DNA of 64,000 nt, taken from NCBI GenBank assembly GCA_029567705.1, contig JAKPXC010000040.1, positions 774 to 64,773 of the forward strand, read 5' to 3'. This document shows, one piece after another, positions 58,037 to 64,000 of the stretch. This stretch comes from Candidatus Cloacimonadota bacterium. GTDB taxonomy: Bacteria > Cloacimonadota > Cloacimonadia > Cloacimonadales > Cloacimonadaceae. The number at the start of each line of letters is the position of its first letter. Position 1 is the stretch's first letter. A program made the translations under genes and the position numbers. The notes under the pieces are model-generated. The model ran no database searches. It was not told where the DNA came from and saw only the letters and a program-made list of their open reading frames with translations.

Positions 58037-59281
58037 TTAGCAGAGAGGCTTTAGCTCAGCCAAAGCGTCTTTAATAGAATCCACAGTATACTGTAGGTCT
58101 TCATAACTGTGACGGTAACAAATATATCCGTGATGGTAAGGTTGCAGGAAGACTCCCCTGCGGATTAACTGAGTATAGAATTCCGCTCTGAGCTTCTTAT
58201 ACAAGCCTGTCTCATCCTTGGGGAAGGTAATGAAGGGCATCCAGGGTGATCCACTAAAGGCAGCATTGATCCCTGAATCCGCCAACACTTTTTCCACCCG
58301 CTCGGCAAACCAATAACCCTTGGTAGCGATATCTTCCAGAGCTTTGTCGCGTTGAAGAATCTCGATAGTTTTGAGAGCGGCGATCTGTGCATCAGAATTT
58401 GGGAAGAAGGTAGAGGAAAGGAAGACCTTATCTTCCATCACCTTCATCATCTCTCGTTTTCCAACCAGTGCCGCAATGGGATAACCATTTGCCATGGCTT
58501 TTCCGACCGTGGTAAGATCAGGAGTAACACCAAAGTGTTTCTGAGCACCACCGATGGAACAACGGAAACCGCTACGGATCTCGTCGAATATCAATACGCA
58601 ACCATATTGATCTGCCAGCTTGCGCACTCCTTCCAGGTAACCCGGCTTGGGCATCTGAACCTCTGCAGCCAAAGGATGTCCCACAGGGGTAACAATGATA
58701 CCGGCCATATCATCGGCATTGGCTTTCAGGATAGATTCCAGTTCATCCAGATCATTGTAATGGAATTCAAAGATGTCTTCATAGAGCTTGGATGGAATAC
58801 CACCCTTCACTTCCACGCACCAATCGTGCCAGCCATGATAACCGCAGCGGGCAATCTTGGTCTTCCCCGTATAAGCTCTGGCCACCCGGATGCCAATGGT
58901 TGTGGCGTCCGAACCGGTCTTTACTATGGCAGCCATATCGCAGCAGGGAATACATTCAGAAAGCTTTTGGATCAGTTGGTTCTGAATCTCCTGAGTAAGC
59001 GAGAAGCAAAAGCCTTTGTTCTTGATCTGAGCGATCACAGCATCATCCACTTCTTCTTCACGATAACCCAGAATGATGGGACCGTAGGCGCAGAGGTAAT
59101 CTATATACTCGTTACCGTCTACGTCTGTAATCCTGCCACCCTTGCCATTATCGAAGAAGATGGGATACTCACCAGGGACGAAGTTGTACGGACGGCGGAT
59201 GCCGGCCACGCCTCCCGGTGCCAGACGCTTGGCTTCTTCAAAAAGAGCCATGCTTTTGGTTAAATTCAGTTTATCTGCCAC
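58037..59281 (-). CDS. Class III (GSA-aminomutase-like) PLP-dependent aminotransferase
   Basis: LFEEAKRLAPGGVAGIRRP...DVDGNEYIDYLCAYGPIILGY. Likely PLP lysine in TTVGKAMANGYPIAA. Confidence 0.8.
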   Translation of the reverse strand: MADKLNLTKSMALFEEAKRLAPGGVAGIRRPYNFVPGEYPIFFDNGKGGRITDVDGNEYIDYLCAYGPIILGYREEEVDDAVIAQIKNKGFCFSLTQEIQNQLIQKLSECIPCCDMAAIVKTGSDATTIGIRVARAYTGKTKIARCGYHGWHDWCVEVKGGIPSKLYEDIFEFHYNDLDELESILKANADDMAGIIVTPVGHPLAAEVQMPKPGYLEGVRKLADQYGCVLIFDEIRSGFRCSIGGAQKHFGVTPDLTTVGKAMANGYPIAALVGKREMMKVMEDKVFLSSTFFPNSDAQIAALKTIEILQRDKALEDIATKGYWFAERVEKVLADSGINAAFSGSPWMPFITFPKDETGLYKKLRAEFYTQLIRRGVFLQPYHHGYICYRHSYEDLQYTVDSIKDALAELKPLC

Positions 59282-59290
59282 GTATTCCTC

Positions 59291-60487
59291 CTATCTGGTC
59301 CAGATTGTTGCAATGCCCATACCACCACCAATGCAGAGGGAAGCAAGGCCTTTTTGGACGTTACGGCGTTTCATCTCATGAAGCAGAGTAACAATAATTC
59401 TTGAACCACTGCAACCAATGGGATGACCCAAAGCGATAGCTCCACCATTGACATTTACAATGGATGGATCAAGCTTACCCACTCCCTCCTTTTCCAAGCC
59501 TTTCAGCACAGCCAAGGACTGGGAGGCAAAAGCTTCATTGAGCTCAGCCAGTTCGATATCCCCAAGCTTCATTTGAGACTTTTCCAATACCTTCTTGATG
59601 GCAGGAACGGGTCCGTAACCCATAATGGCAGGATCCACACCGGCTGATGCAGTTTCTACGAAAGTTGCGAGAATCGGAAGGCCAAGTTCCCTGGCTTTGT
59701 CTTCACTCATCAGCAGCAGCATGGCAGCACCATCATTGATTCCGCTGGCATTGGCAGCAGTTACGGTTCCGTCATTCTTGAAAGCCGGTCTGAGCTTGGC
59801 AAGGCTTTCTGCCGTCACTCCGGCTCTGGGCATCTCATCTTTGTCGATCACAATGGGATCGCCCTTTCTTTGAGGAATGATAACCGGTACTATCTCATCT
59901 TTGAAAGCCCCACTTTTCTGGGCAGCTTCGGTCTTATTCTGAGAGAGAGCGGAGAATTGATCCTGCTCTTCTCTGGAGATTCCGTATTGCTCTGCCAGAT
60001 TTTCGGCTGTGATACCCATGTGATAGTTGTTGAAAATGTCTGTGAGGCCATCATGCACCATAAGGTCAACCATATCCTTGTTTCCCATTCTGGCTCCCCA
60101 ACGGGCATTCATCAAGGCATATGGGATCTGGCTCATATTCTCTGTACCGCCGGCAATCACGATATCAGCTTCACCGCTGCCAATCATCAGAGTGGCAAGG
60201 CTGACTGCTTTCATACCGGAACCACATACTTTATTCACTGTGAAGGAAGGGATATGCTGCGGCACACCTGCACCGATAGCTACCTGCCTGGCAATGTTTT
60301 GACCGTATCCGGTACCACAAACGTTACCGATGATAAGTTCATCCAATTGCTTGGGATCAAGACCTGTTTCAGATAGGATGGCTTTTACGACTGTCACGCC
60401 TAATTGAACGGCAGAGACGTCCTTGAAAACGCCGCCAAAAGTTCCTATAGCTGTGCGTTTTGCGGAAACGACAACCACTTTTCTCAT
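59291..60487 (-). CDS. Acetyl-CoA C-acetyltransferase (thiolase II)
   Basis: [19 protein letters not shown]. Active-site [12 protein letters not shown]-terminal [17 protein letters not shown]...LCIGGGMG. Confidence 0.92.
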   Translation of the reverse strand: MRKVVVVSAKRTAIGTFGGVFKDVSAVQLGVTVVKAILSETGLDPKQLDELIIGNVCGTGYGQNIARQVAIGAGVPQHIPSFTVNKVCGSGMKAVSLATLMIGSGEADIVIAGGTENMSQIPYALMNARWGARMGNKDMVDLMVHDGLTDIFNNYHMGITAENLAEQYGISREEQDQFSALSQNKTEAAQKSGAFKDEIVPVIIPQRKGDPIVIDKDEMPRAGVTAESLAKLRPAFKNDGTVTAANASGINDGAAMLLLMSEDKARELGLPILATFVETASAGVDPAIMGYGPVPAIKKVLEKSQMKLGDIELAELNEAFASQSLAVLKGLEKEGVGKLDPSIVNVNGGAIALGHPIGCSGSRIIVTLLHEMKRRNVQKGLASLCIGGGMGIATIWTR

Positions 60488-60703
60488 GAGAACCTCCAGT
60501 ATTCATTTTGTTATTTTCTGCAACTCTGAAATCCACAGCTTTTTCGTCAACCCCAAACTGGAGAATTCTTCCGGATATATCGGAATCAGTCCAGAACTTC
60601 TTGTCTATTATAAGATTGATGATTCGGATGATTCTTACGGACTCAAGATGACTTAAGTAATAACAGCCTATCACAGATAACTCACCTGTTCGAAGATGAA
60701 GCC

Positions 60704-60784
60704 GTAACTAATAGTAAAATAGACCTTTCCTAAACCGGGGTTAAGGATGGGTTAAGGATGGGTTAAGGAATCTCCTTAGGAAGA
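60704..60784 (+). repeat. GGTTAAGGAT-unit intergenic element, copy 7 (3 units)
   Basis: cgTAACTaatagtaaaatagaccTTTCCTAAACcgggGTTAAGGATGGGTTAAGGATGGGTTAAGGAatctcCTTAGGAAGAGATGGG. Confidence 0.9.
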
Positions 60785-60827
60785 GATGGGCTGGGGTTCA
60801 CTTGTGCCTGCTTCAGTCACGTAGTCA

Positions 60828-61868
60828 ATGCGCATCAGAACCGAAACCTCTTGGTCGCTAAACAGCCCTTTTTTTGAATTGACATATAGACTTGATAAAA
60901 AAAGCATGTCCACCATGATGGAGATAAGACTAAATCAGTTGAACGATATACAAATAAAAGAGCTTCCCAGCTCTTGGGGTACTATTGCGTTCTATGAGTC
61001 CAGCGCCTGTCTCTATCTGCTGCTTTGTCCCAACCTCAAAAGAAAGATAGTGTTGCTGAAGGACCAATTGGAGAGCGAGGGCACATTTCATGAGCTGGTA
61101 ACGCAGACGGATATAATTCAGATCCACCCGGCTGAAGATTCCATTGCTGCCCTGCTGGCTTACAAAAGAGGATGCCTGGAGCTCATGCCCCAACAGCAGC
61201 AACGCCACTTCGCACAGAAGGATTATGTTTATCTGGCTCTAAATGCCTGGAACTATCCTTTTGTGACCAGTCAGGATTATACATTAGAAGATTGGAACTA
61301 TCTGGGTCCCTTCCGGGATCGCTTTCTTTTGGCAGAATACGTGGACAGTATCTCCAGAATCCTGCAACTCCCCTATTGTGAGACGGGATCTTTCCCCTGT
61401 GAGAAATTTGATCAACATACCTGCAAAGGGTGGTGTCTGGCTCTGAATCCGAGCGAAGAGCTAGGAAAACAGGACCGCCTGAAAAAGTTGGAGAACCTGC
61501 TATTTGAAAGCTATATGGTTCCAGGGGATACTGTGATAAAGCTGCTGGAAACGGAATACAACAAGTATTTCGAGAATCTGGAATTTGAAAAAGCTGAGCT
61601 CTTCAGTGAACAGATCAGCCTGCATCAACGCTACCAAAACTGGCTAAGATTCCTGGTTTCGGCAAAGCATCTGAGCTATGAAGACGATAGGGTGGTAATC
61701 CAAGATGGCCAGATGATCAGAGCCTTTGATGGCGATTCGTGGCTGGATCTGCCTACCCTCAAGCTGGAGTATCGTACCAATGAGATTTTGGCACTGGATA
61801 AATCTGTGGTGGATGAAGCAAAGATCATCTACGACTACATCAATCTAAAGCTAAAGCATACCCATTAA
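60828..61868 (+). CDS. UvrC N-terminal-half homologue (Cho-like): divergent GIY-YIG region, Cys-rich region and UVR motif only
   Basis: By-eye alignment to E. coli UvrC, ours first. [29 protein letters not shown] vs [44 protein letters not shown] vs [29 protein letters not shown] vs NLEFEEAARIRDQI. Start is uncertain: 60828, 60906 or 60915. Confidence 0.65.
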   Translation: [346 protein letters not shown]

Positions 61869-61888
61869 ACCAAATGAAAGGATAGACA

Positions 61889-62779
61889 ATGTTTAAAGAA
61901 CTCAGTTCTCTTACAATAGTACAAAGAAGTTGGCAAGGCAAGGTGCGTGATATCTACGATCTGGGCGATAAACTCATGATCGTTACCAGTGACCGCATCT
62001 CCGCCTTCGACTTCGTCTTCCCCACTCCCATCCCGGATAAAGGTAAGATTCTGACCAAGATTTCCACCTTTTTCTTCCGGGCAACTCAGGACATGGTTCC
62101 CAATCATCTGATAAGTGACAAAGTGGAAGACCTTCCTGCTGATTTTGCTCCCTATCATGAGTATCTTTCGGATAGATTCATGTTGGTGAAGAAGACCCGG
62201 GTAATCCCCTTTGAATGTATAGTGAGGGGTTACATCACCGGAAGTGCATGGAGCGAGTACAAACGCACCAATACCATTGGCGGAATGCTGCTTCCCGACA
62301 GCATGCAGGAAAGCCAGCGCTTTGCCAATCCGCTCTTCACACCCAGCACAAAAGCCGAGAGCGGCCATGACGAGAACATCAGCTATAGAGAAATGCTGCA
62401 AAGGATGGATCAAAGCCTGGCTGAGAAGATCAAAGATTATTCTTTGGATGTCTTCAACTACGCTCACGATAAGCTTTGGGATGAAGGAATCATCCTGGCC
62501 GATACAAAGCTTGAATTTGGCACGATCGGATCTCAGGTGCTGCTGATTGATGAAGTCCTCACACCGGATTCATCCCGCTTCTGGGACGCTTCTTCCTATG
62601 AGATTGGCAAGACCCCTCTCAGCTTTGATAAGCAGTATCTCAGGGACTATCTGGAAAGCATCAATTGGGCAAAGCAACCACCAGTTCCTGAGCTTCCTGA
62701 AGATGTGGTGCAGAAGACCCGGGAGAAGTATATCCATATCTATCAAGTAATAACCAAGGATACTGACTACAAATGGTAA
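61889..62779 (+). CDS. purC: Phosphoribosylaminoimidazole-succinocarboxamide (SAICAR) synthase
   Basis: WQGKVRDIYDLGDKLMIVTSDRISAFD and LADTKLEFG motifs. Confidence 0.92.
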   Translation: MFKELSSLTIVQRSWQGKVRDIYDLGDKLMIVTSDRISAFDFVFPTPIPDKGKILTKISTFFFRATQDMVPNHLISDKVEDLPADFAPYHEYLSDRFMLVKKTRVIPFECIVRGYITGSAWSEYKRTNTIGGMLLPDSMQESQRFANPLFTPSTKAESGHDENISYREMLQRMDQSLAEKIKDYSLDVFNYAHDKLWDEGIILADTKLEFGTIGSQVLLIDEVLTPDSSRFWDASSYEIGKTPLSFDKQYLRDYLESINWAKQPPVPELPEDVVQKTREKYIHIYQVITKDTDYKW

Positions 62780-63156
62780 GACATATTTGCATAGTTGACG
62801 ACGAAGAAGAACTCGTCAGCAACCTAAAATACGAATTCAAACACCTGCGTCCAGATTGGGAAGTGCATGGTTTTAACTCCGGACTTGATGCTCTCAAGCT
62901 GATACTCACCGGACAGATTGATGCAGTAGTCACCGATATTGCCATGCCGGATATGGATGGTTACGAGCTCTTTTGGAGAGTGAAAGACTATCGTGAAGAC
63001 CTGCCTGTGGTCATGATGACCGGGTTTGGTTACGATCCCAATCACGTCTTGGTACGCTCCAAAGTGGAAGGGTTGAAGGATATCCTCTTTAAGCCTTTTG
63101 ATACCCAGAAGCTTGTCGATATCATCGATTCAAGACTGCCGGAAAAAGAGATGTGA
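62773..63156 (+). CDS. Stand-alone response-regulator receiver (REC) domain protein
   Basis: ICIVDDEEE...DAVVTDIAMPDMDGYELF...PVVMMTGFG...KPF. 7-nt overlap with purC. Confidence 0.85.
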   Translation: MVRHICIVDDEEELVSNLKYEFKHLRPDWEVHGFNSGLDALKLILTGQIDAVVTDIAMPDMDGYELFWRVKDYREDLPVVMMTGFGYDPNHVLVRSKVEGLKDILFKPFDTQKLVDIIDSRLPEKEM

Positions 63157-64000
63157 GACTTCACAGCTTCATAGAAAAGCATTTGCTAAAGAGAACGGGG
63201 ATCAGCTATCTGCTCTATCCCCTTTCTCTTTTATACAGGGTTGGGCACAGGATAAAGCAAGGCAGGGATTTGAGCAGGCAATACAGAGCCCCCTATAAAG
63301 TGATAAGCATTGGCAATCTTACGGCTGGAGGAAGCGGAAAGACGCCCCTGGGATTGGAACTTGCCCGGCTTCTATCCGAGAATGGATATAGAGTTGCAGT
63401 GTCACATCGGGGCTACAAAGGCAATCTGGAGAAAGAGACTGTCCTGTTGGACTCAGAAATGGAACTCTCTCCCAAGATTCTGGGAGACGAAGCCTGCCTC
63501 TATGCCAGCAGTTTGAAAGATATCCCTTTAGTGATAGGCAGAGACCGTGTGGAAGCAGCCCGTCTGTTGCAACAGAAGAAACCTGATACACAAGTTCTAA
63601 TCCTGGACGACTCCTTTCAGAACAAAAAGCTCCATCATGATATTGATATTGTGGTGGTGAGTGCCGAGATGGGCTTGGGAAATGGCTTTTGCCTCCCTGC
63701 GGGATATCTGAGGGAACCTCTATCAAGCTTGAAGAAAGGGCACTATGTGGTACTGCTTTCCAAGAATGGCAGAACTCCCGGTGAAGCACTAGTGTCGCAG
63801 CTACGCTCTCGTACAGAAAGGATTTACTTTGCAGATTTGGTGCCCGGAGAGCTTAAGGCATACAATGGTGAACCGACCCAGAAGGAAGAACTGACCGGTA
63901 AAAAGCTGCTGTTGGTCTCCGGTATTGGCAATCCTGCCTCCTTTGAGGAGACTGTATGCAGCCTTGGTTTGGAATGGATCAAGCATCTCCGCTATCCGGA
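63153..64000 (+). CDS. lpxK: Tetraacyldisaccharide 4'-kinase; 3' end runs off the right edge
   Basis: Own translation from the GTG at 63153, which overlaps the REC stop: VRLHSFIEKHLLKRTGISYLLYPLSLLYRVG...VISIGNLTAGGSGKTPLGLELARLL...ILDDSFQN...REP. Not in the ORF track because no stop lies in the window. Confidence 0.85.
   Translation, partial: MRLHSFIEKHLLKRTGISYLLYPLSLLYRVGHRIKQGRDLSRQYRAPYKVISIGNLTAGGSGKTPLGLELARLLSENGYRVAVSHRGYKGNLEKETVLLDSEMELSPKILGDEACLYASSLKDIPLVIGRDRVEAARLLQQKKPDTQVLILDDSFQNKKLHHDIDIVVVSAEMGLGNGFCLPAGYLREPLSSLKKGHYVVLLSKNGRTPGEALVSQLRSRTERIYFADLVPGELKAYNGEPTQKEELTGKKLLLVSGIGNPASFEETVCSLGLEWIKHLRYP

Noticed and set aside
58352-59263. Strikingly long (303 aa) ORF antisense to the aminotransferase gene. 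Similar long antisense ORFs occur at 36239-36742, 36986-37681, 33520-34014, 9385-9861, 41281-41772, 54541-55038, 57203-57730, 59870-60376, 61865-62467 and 63319-63789.
   Set aside because: Each lies wholly inside a gene with strong, recognisable homology on the other strand. They have no SD, motifs or signal sequences. They are typical stop-depleted shadow frames.

Overview
This 64-kb window is densely coded bacterial chromosome with moderate GC. I support about 50 CDS and 4 tRNAs. I see no rRNA, CRISPR array, transposase, integrase or phage genes. All family names are recalled from sequence motifs; no database search was possible.

Gene content: a cargo protein with a type IX secretion (T9SS) C-terminal sorting domain, a PorV-like outer-membrane protein (OMP), DUF5683-like proteins, several large family-less beta-barrel OMPs, a 2-oxoacid:ferredoxin oxidoreductase (OFOR), and a thiolase. 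Together these suggest an anaerobe from a T9SS-bearing (FCB-type) lineage. Cloacimonadota-like is my unverified guess.

Housekeeping genes recognised: coaBC (partial), tRNA-Leu(CAA), aspS-purN-mtaB, recF-dnaN, hup, umuD-like, an ABC exporter pair, tRNA-Pro(CGG), tRNA-Val(UAC), tRNA-Pro(UGG), rsmA, pyrG, purC and lpxK (partial).

The most unusual signal is non-coding. Seven copies of a 65-85 bp C-poor, GGA-rich element sit in the seven longest intergenic gaps. The element is built on 10-bp phased GGTTAAGGAT units with a variable unit number (2 or 3). Copies occur in both orientations and are spaced 7.4-11 kb apart. I could not match it to any element class I know.

Secondary points of interest:
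- A PorV-like / M6-type T9SS cargo / three tandem DUF5683-like paralogue operon.
- An orphan UmuD translationally coupled to a 1088-aa OMP.
- A class III cyclase-STAND-TPR protein.
- A delta-less OFOR coupled to NapH-like and anchored ferredoxin genes.
- A Cys-less AsnB-like enzyme.
- A Cho/UvrC-N-terminal-like protein.
- An unlisted 58-aa zinc-ribbon ORF.
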